Shown here one piece after another: positions 21,714-31,305 of a DNA stretch of 64,000 nucleotides. Source of the DNA: Alphaproteobacteria bacterium (GTDB lineage Bacteria; Pseudomonadota; Alphaproteobacteria; UBA828); assembly GCA_965221125.1 (NCBI GenBank), contig CBDCRW010000004.1, positions 896,001-960,000 of the forward strand, given 5' to 3'. Each line of letters opens with the position of its first letter. Positions within the stretch are counted from its first letter, which is position 1. The notes under the pieces were generated by a model that saw nothing but the letters and a program-made list of their open reading frames with translations, did no database searches and was not told the DNA's origin. Both the position numbers and the translations under genes were made by a program.

Positions 21714-22742
21714 ATGACATCATCTGGCGACGGACGATCTCACGCCTTACGGGTGATCACGGGAGCAAGCGGGCAGATCGGCGGGGTCCTCGCGCGGGCC
21801 CTGGCCGACCGGTACGGGCCCGGTCAGATCCGCGCGATCTACCGGGAGCGTCGAGGCACGGCGGCGGACCTGGATATCGCATGGGTCAATGGCGACATCC
21901 TGGACAAGGAATCGCTGATCGCCGCCTTCAAGGGCGCAGAGGTCGTGTTTCATCTGGCCGCGCGGGTCTCGATCGATACCGTCCGGGCACAGGAGTTCCA
22001 TCGCACGAACGTCGTGGGCACACGCAACGTCGTGGAGGCGGCCCTGGAATGTGGCGTGCGGCGCCTGGTTCACGTTTCCTCGATCCACGCCTACGACCAG
22101 CAGCCGTTGGACCAAGTTCTCGATGAGAGCCGCGGTCCTGCAGACGGCCCGCACCAGGGTCCGTACGACCGTTCGAAAGCCGCCGGCGAAGTGGAAGTCC
22201 GCCGCGGCATCGACCGGGGCCTCGATGCCGTGATCCTGAATCCGACCAGTGTGATCGGCCCCTACGACGGCGAGCCGTCCCCCATGGGGCAGGTCTTTCT
22301 CGACCTCTACCGCAGGCGGATTCCCGCGCTGATCGCGGGCGGCTACGACTGGGTCGACGTGCGCGATGTCGTGGCGGCCACGATGGCCGCCGAGACACAG
22401 GCGAGATGTGGCGAGAACTACCTCGTCTCCGGCCGCTGGCACACCGTGCGCGAATTAGCCGCGCTCTCTCAGCAGGCAACCGGCGTTGCCGCACCCCGTC
22501 TCCAGTTCCCGTTGTGGGCCGCCCGGTTATGGGCGCCCTGCCAGGTTTTCCTGGATCGATCGCGCGGCCGCCGGCCGCTCTACACGCCGGCGGCCGTCCG
22601 CGTCATGGCCTGCGGCAATCGACGGATATCCAGCGCCAAGGCGCGGGCGGAGCTCGGGTTCCATGCGCGCCCTCTCGCAGAATCGGTGGAGGACACGTAT
22701 CGCTGGTTCGACGAACACGGCATGCTGGGTGAAGGGGCGTGA
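21714..22742 (+). CDS. NAD-dependent epimerase/dehydratase (3-beta-HSD / dihydroflavonol reductase / HpnA-like)
   Basis: TGASGQIG, FHLAA, HVSS, YDRSK, LNPTSVIGP, WVDVRDV, SSAKARAELG. Confidence 0.88.
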   Translation: MTSSGDGRSHALRVITGASGQIGGVLARALADRYGPGQIRAIYRERRGTAADLDIAWVNGDILDKESLIAAFKGAEVVFHLAARVSIDTVRAQEFHRTNVVGTRNVVEAALECGVRRLVHVSSIHAYDQQPLDQVLDESRGPADGPHQGPYDRSKAAGEVEVRRGIDRGLDAVILNPTSVIGPYDGEPSPMGQVFLDLYRRRIPALIAGGYDWVDVRDVVAATMAAETQARCGENYLVSGRWHTVRELAALSQQATGVAAPRLQFPLWAARLWAPCQVFLDRSRGRRPLYTPAAVRVMACGNRRISSAKARAELGFHARPLAESVEDTYRWFDEHGMLGEGA

Positions 22743-22815
22743 AATAACCGAGAAATGCGGGCGGGTCTCTATTGGACAGCCGGACGGCACGTTGAAGGTG
22801 TATTCCGGTTGAAGT

Positions 22816-24267
22816 TCAGGCGGCCAGCGCCGCGCCGTCGGGGCCGCGGGGGTCGATGGGGGTCCGGGCGGCCAGCGGAATCGCCTCCTCGATGGCGGCT
22901 GCCGCGCGCAGCACTGCCGCCTCGCCGCGCGGGGGACCGAGGATCTGGAGGCCGACCGGCAGGCCTGACTCGGTGAAGCCCACCGGGACCGACGCGGAGG
23001 GACACGCGGTGAGCGTCAGCACGAAGGTGAGGCCCAGCCAGTCGACGTAGTTGTCGAAGCGGTGGCCGTCGATCTCGTCCACCCAGCGCGTGTCCACGTC
23101 GAAGGGCGGCACGATTACGCAGGGGCAGACCAGCACGTCGTGGCGCCGGAAGAAGCGCACGCAGTGCTGGTAGATGGCCCCGCGCGCACGCTCGGCGCGG
23201 GCGATGGTGTCGGCGTCGAGCGCGAGGCCCTTCTCGATGTTCCAGACGATCTCGGGCTTGAGCGCGTCGCGGTGGGTCTCCAGCAGCGGGCCCTTGTCGG
23301 CGGCGAAGAGGGCTGCGCGCAGAACCTGGAAGACGTTGAGCGCGCCGGAGAGGTCGGGGCAGGCCTCTGCCACCTCCATGCCCGCACCTGCGAGCGAGTC
23401 GGCGGCCTGCCTGCAGACGGCGGCGACCTCGCGGTCCACCGGCAGCAGGCCCAGGTCCGGGCTGTAGGCGACGCGGCCCGGCGGCGGCAGCGTCGCGACC
23501 GCGTCGGCAAAGCTCCGGGCCGGCGCTTCGACGGAGAGCGGGTCCTCGGGGTGCGCGCCCGCCATGGCATCCAGCATGAGGGCGCAGTCCCGCGCGTTGC
23601 GCGCCATGGGGCCGTCCACCATCAGCCCCTCGAAGGGCAGGTGCTTGGGGCCGTGGGCGACGCGGCCGGGGCTCGGGCGGAAGCCGAAGACGCTGCAGAA
23701 GCTCGCGGGGATGCGCAGGCTGCCCCCCAGATCCGAGCCGGTGGCGAGCCAGACCTGGCCGGTGGCCAATGCCGTGGACGAGCCGCCGGAGGAGCCGCCG
23801 CAGGTCTTGTCCGTGTTCCACGGGTTCCGCGTCTTGCCGAAGACCTCGTTGAAGGTGTTTGCGCCGGCGCCGAACTCGGGCGTGTTGGACTTGCCGATGA
23901 CGATGGCGCCGCGCGCCTCCAGGGTCTCGACCATGATGTCCGAGCGCGGCGGCACGTGATCGGCGTAGATCGGCGAGCCCCAGGTGGTGCGCACGTCCGC
24001 CACCTCCACCAGGTCCTTGACGCAGATGGGCACGCCGCCGAGCCAGCCGGGCGGGCGCTCGGCGTCCGCATCGTCGGCCATGATGCGCGCGGCATGGGCG
24101 CGGGCACGCTCGAGGCAGAGGGTCGGGATCGCGTTGAGGTGCCCATCGGTGGCCGCGATGCGCGCAGCGCTCGCGTCGACCAGCTCCAGCGGCGAGACCT
24201 CGCGCCGCCGCAGCAGATCGACCACCTCGGTCGCGCTCAGCCGCCAGAGATCGCCTCGTGCAGCCAT
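22816..24267 (-). CDS. Amidase signature family enzyme
   Basis: GVPICVKD, GKSNTPEFG, GGSSGGS, GSDLGGSLRIPASFC. Confidence 0.92.
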   Translation of the reverse strand: MAARGDLWRLSATEVVDLLRRREVSPLELVDASAARIAATDGHLNAIPTLCLERARAHAARIMADDADAERPPGWLGGVPICVKDLVEVADVRTTWGSPIYADHVPPRSDIMVETLEARGAIVIGKSNTPEFGAGANTFNEVFGKTRNPWNTDKTCGGSSGGSSTALATGQVWLATGSDLGGSLRIPASFCSVFGFRPSPGRVAHGPKHLPFEGLMVDGPMARNARDCALMLDAMAGAHPEDPLSVEAPARSFADAVATLPPPGRVAYSPDLGLLPVDREVAAVCRQAADSLAGAGMEVAEACPDLSGALNVFQVLRAALFAADKGPLLETHRDALKPEIVWNIEKGLALDADTIARAERARGAIYQHCVRFFRRHDVLVCPCVIVPPFDVDTRWVDEIDGHRFDNYVDWLGLTFVLTLTACPSASVPVGFTESGLPVGLQILGPPRGEAAVLRAAAAIEEAIPLAARTPIDPRGPDGAALAA

Positions 24268-24281
24268 CCTGCCGCCCTCCC

Positions 24282-25679
24282 TCAGCCCACGGGCGGCGTG
24301 CGGGAGTGCCAGTCGGTATCCTGCTGGTAGGCGTGGCCCGCCTGCAGCAGCCGCTCCTCGCTGAGCTGCGGGCCCACGATCTGGAAGCCCATGGGCAGGC
24401 CGTCCTCGTCGAAGCCGCCGGGCAGGCACATCGCGGGCGTCCGCGCCATGTCGTGGGGCGCGGTGAACGAGATCAGGCGCTCGACCGAGCCCGGCTCGGC
24501 GCCCAGCGTCTCCATGAAGGCGTTGGTGGGCGTGGGGTAGGGCTGCGAGGGGATGATGATGGCGTCGACATCGGCGAAGACGGCGTTGAGCGCGCCGACG
24601 AACTTGTCCCGCGCGATCACGATGCGGGCGTGGTCGACGCCGCTGAGCGCGAGCCCCGCCTCGATCAGGCTCGACAGCACCGGCCCGTACTTGGCCTTGT
24701 GCCGGGCGTAGTAGGGCTCGTGCGCGATGGCCGTGTCGGCGCCGCAGAAATCGTTCCAGCGGTCCACCATGACCGTGGCGTCGGGGAAGGCGATCGGCCG
24801 GATGTCGGCGCCGCGCCCGCGCAGCACGTCGGCCGCCTGCATCACCATGGCGGTCACGCGCGCATCCACGCCGTCGGAGCAGTAGGCCTCGTCGAGGCCG
24901 ATGCGCATGCCCCCGATGCCGGCGTCGATGCTGCCGAGGTAGTCGGGCACCGGCGCCTGCACGGTGGTCGGATCGTCGGGATCGACGCCGGCGATGACGC
25001 CGAGGATCGCGGCGCAGTCGGCGGCGGAGCGGGCCATCGGCCCGATGTGGTCGAGGGTCTCGGAGAGCGCGAAGGCGCCCGCGCGGCTGACGCGGCCCCA
25101 GGTGGGCTTTAGGCCGGTGACGCCGCAGGCCTGGGAGGGGAAGCGGATCGAGCCGCCGGTATCGGTGCCGAGCGAGCCGTAGCAGAGCCGGGCCGACGTG
25201 GCGACGCCGGAGCCGCTCGACGAGACCCCGGTCCAGTAGTCGGGATGCCACGGGTTGACCGGCGGCGCGATGGAGGGGTGGTGGACCGCGAAGGCGCCCT
25301 CGGTCATCTGCAGCTTGCCGGCGAAGACCGCGCCCGCCTCCCTGAGCCGCGCAGTGACGGTGCCGTCGACGCCCGGGCTCCAGTTGCGGAGCGCGACCGA
25401 GCCGACGTGCGTGGGCGCGTCCTTCGTCAGGCAGAGGTCCTTGAGACCGAAGGGGACGCCGTGGAGCGGCCCCTTGCGGTTGCTGGCGGCGATCTCCTCG
25501 TCCGCCTGCGCGGCCTGCTGCGTCGCGACATCCGCCATGACGGTGGCGTAGCTGCGAAGCGAGCCTTCGAGCTGTTCGATCCGCGCGATCGTGTGCGCCG
25601 TCACCTCAGCGGCGGAGACCTCCCGCGCCTCGATCTTCGCCGCGACCTCGGTCAGCATCAGCTCGTGCAGGTCAGACAT
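24282..25679 (-). CDS. Amidase signature family enzyme
   Basis: GPLHGVPFGLKD, GVSSSGS, GTDTGGSIRFPS..CG, LDHIGPMAR. Confidence 0.92.
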   Translation of the reverse strand: MSDLHELMLTEVAAKIEAREVSAAEVTAHTIARIEQLEGSLRSYATVMADVATQQAAQADEEIAASNRKGPLHGVPFGLKDLCLTKDAPTHVGSVALRNWSPGVDGTVTARLREAGAVFAGKLQMTEGAFAVHHPSIAPPVNPWHPDYWTGVSSSGSGVATSARLCYGSLGTDTGGSIRFPSQACGVTGLKPTWGRVSRAGAFALSETLDHIGPMARSAADCAAILGVIAGVDPDDPTTVQAPVPDYLGSIDAGIGGMRIGLDEAYCSDGVDARVTAMVMQAADVLRGRGADIRPIAFPDATVMVDRWNDFCGADTAIAHEPYYARHKAKYGPVLSSLIEAGLALSGVDHARIVIARDKFVGALNAVFADVDAIIIPSQPYPTPTNAFMETLGAEPGSVERLISFTAPHDMARTPAMCLPGGFDEDGLPMGFQIVGPQLSEERLLQAGHAYQQDTDWHSRTPPVG

Positions 25680-25831
25680 CCGAATCTCCCTCCTCCATGG
25701 TGGGCGCCGATTGAACGCCAAAGCCGCCATGCGTGCAAAGCGAATCTCCCCTGCGCCGTGGGCGATTGCCCGGCCGGGCGGGCCGTGATATCGACTGCGG
25801 CCCAAGGGCCGCGCGAGGGCGAGGGGAGACC

Positions 25832-26224
25832 ATGGCGGAGCGTTTCGCAATGACCATCGACGGCCGCACGGTCGTCGCCGAGCTGCTTGGGGGCAAGGCG
25901 CCCAACGTCGTCAAGGCGTTCACGCAGAGCCTGCCCTGCGACAGCTTCTCGGTGCACGCGAAGTTCGCGGGCGAGGAGCTGATCGTGATGCTCCCGTTCT
26001 ACTGCAATTCCGAGAACGAGATCCTCAACGTGAAGCCCGGCGATATCGGCTTCTATCCGGGGCGCCAGACTGCCTGCATCTTCTACGGCGACACGAAGCC
26101 GTTCGGGAAGGTCAGCGTGTTCGCCAGGATCGTCGAAGGGCTGGAGCACCTGAAGCCCGCGGGCAGGAAGATCCTCGCCAAGGGGCCGCTGCCGGTTCGG
26201 CTCGAACGCGTGCACGAAGGGTAG
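25832..26224 (+). CDS. DUF3830/cyclophilin-like protein (resembles McbB N-terminal domain)
   Basis: AP......LP......HAKFAGE, EN.....PGDIGFYP.....IFYG; RBS GAGGGGAG. Confidence 0.75.
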   Translation: MAERFAMTIDGRTVVAELLGGKAPNVVKAFTQSLPCDSFSVHAKFAGEELIVMLPFYCNSENEILNVKPGDIGFYPGRQTACIFYGDTKPFGKVSVFARIVEGLEHLKPAGRKILAKGPLPVRLERVHEG

Positions 26225-26228
26225 GGCC

Positions 26229-26708
26229 ATGGCCGCGACGGAAACCACCGCGATCATCGACCGGCTGGAGCGCTTCGGCCGCCGCAACTGGAACTCCGAG
26301 CCCGGCGACGTCACCCGGCTGCGCGCCCACAGCCTGCCCCCCATGGGCAACCTGCCGCCCGTGCTCTACGCCAACTTCAACACCTTCTGGATGGGCGAGA
26401 ACATCCAGGTCGTCCGCCAGCTCGCGCTCGACGAGGCGCTGCCGCCGGCGGCGCTCAACCAGATGGCGGCGGCGCTGCTCGACCGCCATGCCGGGCGGCT
26501 CGCCAAGTGGAAGCTCACCAACACGGTCAAGCTCGTGCGCGAGCTCTCCGCCTACTTCGAGGCCGGCGGCGCCAGGAACCACGGCGAGGTGGTGCAGGTC
26601 TGCGAGGCGGCGATGGTGGCCTTCGACCGGATCAATTCGTGGATCGACGCGATGATCCCGTGGGCGCACTTCGACAGGAAGGTGAAGCTGCTGGACGCGG
26701 CCGGCTGA
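26229..26708 (+). CDS. Helical-bundle protein resembling the cucumopine synthase/McbB C-terminal domain
   Basis: W..EP..V..LR near the N-terminus and INSW....IPW at the C-terminus; likely all-helical. Confidence 0.6.
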   Translation: MAATETTAIIDRLERFGRRNWNSEPGDVTRLRAHSLPPMGNLPPVLYANFNTFWMGENIQVVRQLALDEALPPAALNQMAAALLDRHAGRLAKWKLTNTVKLVRELSAYFEAGGARNHGEVVQVCEAAMVAFDRINSWIDAMIPWAHFDRKVKLLDAAG

Positions 26709-26740
26709 CGGCGGCGGGGCGGCGCGGGGGAGCGAAGGCC

Positions 26741-27646
26741 ATGTGCGGCGTCGGCGGCGTCTTCTTCAAGACCACCGAGCATCATCGCAAGACCGGCGAG
26801 ATCGCCTACCACGTGCTGGACGGCATCTATCGGCGCGGGCCGGACTCCACCGGGCTCGCCTTCGTCCAGCCGGCGGGCGAGGACCGCCTCTACGTCGGCA
26901 TCAATTGCGAGGAGCCGGGCGGCGGCGGGCGGGCGCTCGCGCTGCTCGACGAGCTCGGCCGGGTCGAGAGCGCCACCGACGGCGAGGGGTTCATCAGGAC
27001 CACGATCCGCTACGACGGCGACGATGCGGCGCTGGTGGACGCGATCGACGGCCTCGGGCCCGCCTACAGCGTCGCCAGCATCGGCCGCCGGCTCGAGGTG
27101 CTGAAGCACCTGGGCGGCGTGGACAACCTCGAGGACAAATTCACCATCACCGACTACGACGGGCCGATGGCGATGGGGCTCACCCGCTACGCGACGGAGA
27201 GCCAGATCGACTTCACCCACGGGCAGCCGCTTTCGGCGAGGCTGCATCGCGACCTCGCGATCATGCACAACGGCCACATCACGAACTTCCACCACCTGCG
27301 CTACCACTACGAGCATGCGGGCTACACCTTCACCACGAGCAACGATTCGGAGGTCATTGCCGTGGCGCTGGTGGACGAGATGGGGAAGGGCGCGAGCTTC
27401 CGCGAAGCGCTGGAGCGTTCCGTCTCGATCCTCGACGGCTGCTTCACCTACATCGCCGCGACGGCGGACGAGGTGGGCGTCGTCAAGGACCCCTACGCCG
27501 CGAAGCCGCTGGTGGTGGGCGAGACGGACCGGCTGGTGGCGGTGTCCTCCGATTGCTGGGCGCTGCGCGACGGCGTGGGCGAGGACATCGAGGTCTGGGA
27601 GCCGGGAGCCGGCGAAGTGGTGACATGGCGGCTTCCAATTCACTGA
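26741..27646 (+). CDS. Class II glutamine amidotransferase-like subunit (GlxB/MgsA-like)
   Basis: N-terminal MCG, RGPDSTG, TRYATES, HNGHITN, NDSEV, LDGCFT. Confidence 0.85.
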   Translation: MCGVGGVFFKTTEHHRKTGEIAYHVLDGIYRRGPDSTGLAFVQPAGEDRLYVGINCEEPGGGGRALALLDELGRVESATDGEGFIRTTIRYDGDDAALVDAIDGLGPAYSVASIGRRLEVLKHLGGVDNLEDKFTITDYDGPMAMGLTRYATESQIDFTHGQPLSARLHRDLAIMHNGHITNFHHLRYHYEHAGYTFTTSNDSEVIAVALVDEMGKGASFREALERSVSILDGCFTYIAATADEVGVVKDPYAAKPLVVGETDRLVAVSSDCWALRDGVGEDIEVWEPGAGEVVTWRLPIH

Positions 27647-28329
27647 CCATCGACTGCGCCGGCAGGCCCACGCGCGCGATCAACGAGGAGATCCGCCGCG
27701 CCGCCGACGACGGCGTGCCGCAAGTCGAGCTTCTCAACCCGCAGGCGCGGCACAACCTCGGCGTCTCGATCCTGAAGCCCATTCATCTCGTCTATCGCGG
27801 CCATGTCGGCTCCTACACGGTCGGCCTCTGCGACGGCGTGACCGCCGAGATTCACGGCACCGCCGGCTGGGGCGTGGCCGACAACCTGATGAGCGGCGAG
27901 GTGGTCGTGCGCGGCAACGCGGCGACCTCCGCCGCGCCGTCCATCCGCGGCGGACGCGTCGTCGTGCGGGGCGATGCGGGGCCGCGCTCCGGCATGATCC
28001 TGAAGAAGGGCGAGCTCATCATCGGCGGCAATGCCGGCTACATGTCCGGCTTCATGATGCAGAACGGCCGCATGGTCGTCTGCGGCGACGCCGATACGGG
28101 CTTGGGCGATTCCATGTATCAGGGCGTCATATTCCTTGGCGGCAAGGCCGAGGAACTCGGCTCCGGGCTCGCGCAGGTCGATGCCGAGAATGGCGAGCTC
28201 GAAGAGGTGGCGGAGCTGCTCGACCGCTTCGAGATCAAGGCGCCCAAGTCGTTCCGCAAGCTCCAGTCGGACCGCAAGTTGTGGCACTTCAACAAGCACG
28301 ACTTCGCGGCCTGGAAGGACGTGCTATGA
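27625..28329 (+). CDS. GXGXG/FwdC-like subunit (GlxC/MgsB-like)
   Basis: GWGVADNLMSG, GNAGYMSGFMMQ.G, GDSMYQG, RKLWHF. Confidence 0.85.
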   Translation: MAASNSLTIDCAGRPTRAINEEIRRAADDGVPQVELLNPQARHNLGVSILKPIHLVYRGHVGSYTVGLCDGVTAEIHGTAGWGVADNLMSGEVVVRGNAATSAAPSIRGGRVVVRGDAGPRSGMILKKGELIIGGNAGYMSGFMMQNGRMVVCGDADTGLGDSMYQGVIFLGGKAEELGSGLAQVDAENGELEEVAELLDRFEIKAPKSFRKLQSDRKLWHFNKHDFAAWKDVL

Positions 28330-29738
28330 GCGAGACCCCGAGCGAATCCGCACCTGCCCACGCGGGCGATTCCAGCGTCGAAGTCGTGGACGAGGCGGCG
28401 CCCGCGCCCAACGGCGCCTATCCGCGTCCGCCCGGCTTCAGCGGCGTCTGGCCGCCGGAGGTGATCGAGGAGATCCAGGAGAAGGCGGCGCTCGGGCGCT
28501 ACCAGATCCGCGGCCAGGCGACCAAGCGGCAGGGCCTGCCCTCCTTCGACGACCTCGTGTTCGTGCCGGCCGGCCTCTCGCGCATGCCGCTGGAGGGCTA
28601 CCGCGAGAAGTGCGACACGCGCGTCGTCATCGGCGAGGGCGCCTGCGAGAACCCGCTGGTGCTGGAGCGACCCATCATGATCGCGGGCATGAGCTTCGGC
28701 GCGCTCTCGGTCCACGCCAAGCGCGCGCTCGGCACGGCGGCGAGCCGCTGCGGCATCTCAACCTGCACCGGCGAAGGCGGCATGCACCACGAGGAGCGCC
28801 GCTACTCCGACAAGCTGGTGATGCAGTACCTGCCGAGCCGCTACGGCATGAACCCCTACGACCTCAAGAAGGCCGACATGATCGAGATCGGCTGCGGGCA
28901 GGGGGCGAAGCCTGGCACCGGCGGCGTGCTGCTGGGGCTCAAGATGTCGGACGAGGTGGCGGAGATGCGCGACCTGCCGGAAGGCGTGGACCAGCGCAGC
29001 CCCTGCCGCCATCCCGACTGGATGGGCGCGGACGACCTCTACATGAAGCTGGAGGAGATCCGCGAGGTCACCGAGTACAAGGTGCCGATCTCGATCAAGG
29101 TGGGCGCCGCGCGCATCGCGAACGACGTGCGCATCGCGGCGAAGGCCGGAGTCGACGCCATCGTCTTCGACGGCATAGAGGGGGGCACCGCGGCCTCGCC
29201 CACGATCCAGCTCGACCATGCCGGGATACCGACGGTCGCCGCCATCGCCGAGGCGGCGGAAGCGCTCGCCGAGGTGGGCAAGAAGGACAAGATGAAGCTC
29301 ATCGTGGGCGGCGGCATCCGCAACGGGGCGGACGCGGCGAAGTGCATCGCCTTGGGCGCCGACGTGGTCTACCTCGGCACCGCGCCGATCATCGCCATGG
29401 GCTGCCACAAGCCGATCTACCTGGAGGACTACGCGCGGCTAGGGACCTCGCCCTACGAGTGCCAGCACTGCCACACGGGCCTCTGCCCCGTCGGCATCAC
29501 CACGCAGCTGCCGAAGCTGATGGAGCGGCTCGACGTGGACGAGGCCGCCGACAGCGTCACCAACTATCTGAATGCGCTCACCATGGAGATCCAGCTCTTC
29601 GCCCGCGCCTGCGGCAAGAACCGGGTGAGCGACCTCGACCCCAACGACCTCCGCGCACTCACCCACGACGTGGCGATGATGACCGGCGTGGACATGGTCG
29701 GCCTCGGCGGCCGCACGCCGTGGTGGAAGAAGTTCTAG
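28326..29738 (+). CDS. FMN-binding glutamate synthase-family subunit (GlxD/MgsC-like)
   Basis: SRMPLEGYREKC, MSFGALS, TGEGG, GQGAKPG.GG.L.G.K, SPCRHPDW, CQHCHTG.CPVGITTQ. Confidence 0.9.
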   Translation: MSETPSESAPAHAGDSSVEVVDEAAPAPNGAYPRPPGFSGVWPPEVIEEIQEKAALGRYQIRGQATKRQGLPSFDDLVFVPAGLSRMPLEGYREKCDTRVVIGEGACENPLVLERPIMIAGMSFGALSVHAKRALGTAASRCGISTCTGEGGMHHEERRYSDKLVMQYLPSRYGMNPYDLKKADMIEIGCGQGAKPGTGGVLLGLKMSDEVAEMRDLPEGVDQRSPCRHPDWMGADDLYMKLEEIREVTEYKVPISIKVGAARIANDVRIAAKAGVDAIVFDGIEGGTAASPTIQLDHAGIPTVAAIAEAAEALAEVGKKDKMKLIVGGGIRNGADAAKCIALGADVVYLGTAPIIAMGCHKPIYLEDYARLGTSPYECQHCHTGLCPVGITTQLPKLMERLDVDEAADSVTNYLNALTMEIQLFARACGKNRVSDLDPNDLRALTHDVAMMTGVDMVGLGGRTPWWKKF

Positions 29739-29818
29739 AGCGCTATCCGACCGGATGGGATCGTTCGCGGTCGCCGTAGACTCACAGCTTCACACGCCGG
29801 GCGACCGAAAGGAAACCC

Positions 29819-30039
29819 CTCCTCACCCCGGCCCTCTCCTCCCCCGAGGGATACCTCTGCGAAATCGGTTCTGCCGTGCATTGGGGGAAGTCTTCGGCGC
29901 TGGACGGTGCTGATGGAGCCGAATTTGCGGCTACCGTTGGACAATCTTGGGTGTGAATCGGTGGTTTGCGGGCGCGATGGAGCGTCAGCAGCCAGCCACA
30001 ACCCCTTTTCGCAGAGGTATCCCGAGGGGAGGAGAGGGA
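29819..30039. repeat. REP-like hairpin (CCTCACCCCGGCCCTCTCC...GGAGAGGG) split by a MITE
   Basis: Removing the insert restores CCCTCTCCTCCC-CCGAG-GGGAGGAGAGGG; a related looser hairpin lies at ~30107-30150. Confidence 0.65.
29849..30022. mobile_element. 174-bp MITE with IS5-like terminal inverted repeats
   Basis: Perfect 16-bp TIR GGATACCTCTGCGAAA / TTTCGCAGAGGTATCC flanked by duplicated CGAG. Confidence 0.75.
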
Positions 30040-30204
30040 GAAGGGGCCGGTACGGCTATCGTTCCCCCTCCGCTCATCGGGGGCGACACCGGCGTCTGCG
30101 ACAGCGTCCCCCCTCCGCCCTTTGGGGGGAGGGGGACAGGGGGAGGTGGGAACCTCGGGCCGTCGTGATCTCGTCGGGTCGGAAACCGCTCTATCTGGCC
30201 CGAT

Positions 30205-31206
30205 TCAGGCCGTAGGCGCGGGGTCCATCCACCCGGCGAAGGTCTCGCGGATCGCCGCGTCGTCGGCGCCGGCCATCAGCAGCAGCGTGAGCAGCAGGCG
30301 CGACTTGAGCCCGTCGAGCCAGCCGGCGCTGATCAGCCCGCGCGCCAGCAGGTCGATCTCCGAGCCCTTGAAGTCGTAGGTCCGGCGCAGCATCTCGCCG
30401 GCGCCGGTGCGGGACGCCATCACCACCGGCACGCGCCCGGCCGCCTCCACGAGCTTGTCGGCGACCCAGGCTGCGGCATGGCCGCCGCCGGTGCATTCCA
30501 TCACGATCCCCCGGTAGCCTGCCGCCAGCGCGTGCTCGATCAGCCGGCCGTCGTCGCCGAGCGTGACCGTGAGCAGCGCGACGGGCGCGGGCTCGGCGTC
30601 GCGGGCCACGGCGAGCGGGTGGCGGGGGCCGGGCGGGCCGGCGAGCCGCACCGCGCCTTCGGCGAACCAGCCGAGCGGGCCGAGCGGGCGTGAGCGGAAG
30701 GCTGCAGGGTTCGACGTCTCCCCCTTCTGCACGAAGCGTGCGGCGTGGATCTCGTCATTCATGACGACCGTGACGCCAAGACCCCGCGCCGGCCCGTGGG
30801 CCGCGAGGCGGACGGCGTTGAGCAGGTTGGCCGGCCCGTCGGGGCCGGCGAGCGTCGGGTTGCGCATGGCGCCGGTCACCACCACGGGGGCGTCGATGCC
30901 AAGGATGCGGTCGAGCACGAAGGCGGTCTCCTCCATCGTGTCGGTGCCGTGGGTGACGACCGCGCCGTGGGCGCCCTCCGCCACCGCCTGCTCGATGGCG
31001 TCCGCCAGCGCGAAGAGATCGGGGATCGTGACGGCAGGGCTCGGCAGCAGGCGGAAGGTCTCCGCCTCGACGGTCGCGACCTCGGCGAGCTGCGGCACCG
31101 CCTCCACCAGCGCATCGGCACCGAGCGAGGGCGTGACGCCGCGCGCGCCCTGCCCGGCCATGGCGATGGTCCCGCCCATGGCGAAGACGGCGATTTTCGG
31201 CAGCAT
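30205..31206 (-). CDS. L-asparaginase family protein
   Basis: MGGTIA, VTHGTDTMEET, VVTGAMR, DGPANL. Confidence 0.9.
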   Translation of the reverse strand: MLPKIAVFAMGGTIAMAGQGARGVTPSLGADALVEAVPQLAEVATVEAETFRLLPSPAVTIPDLFALADAIEQAVAEGAHGAVVTHGTDTMEETAFVLDRILGIDAPVVVTGAMRNPTLAGPDGPANLLNAVRLAAHGPARGLGVTVVMNDEIHAARFVQKGETSNPAAFRSRPLGPLGWFAEGAVRLAGPPGPRHPLAVARDAEPAPVALLTVTLGDDGRLIEHALAAGYRGIVMECTGGGHAAAWVADKLVEAAGRVPVVMASRTGAGEMLRRTYDFKGSEIDLLARGLISAGWLDGLKSRLLLTLLLMAGADDAAIRETFAGWMDPAPTA

Positions 31207-31305
31207 GGCGTACTCCTCGGTTTCGCTGGCGGGACGCGGCTCGGAACACACGCCGGCGGCCGATTGCGCTTCGACGCCGGGCCTCGGACAGGCTACCCTG
31301 AATCG

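Noticed and set aside
22816-25251. 811-aa apparent extended amidase
   Set aside because: The N-terminal part is an off-frame reading of the upstream amidase; the real start is 24267
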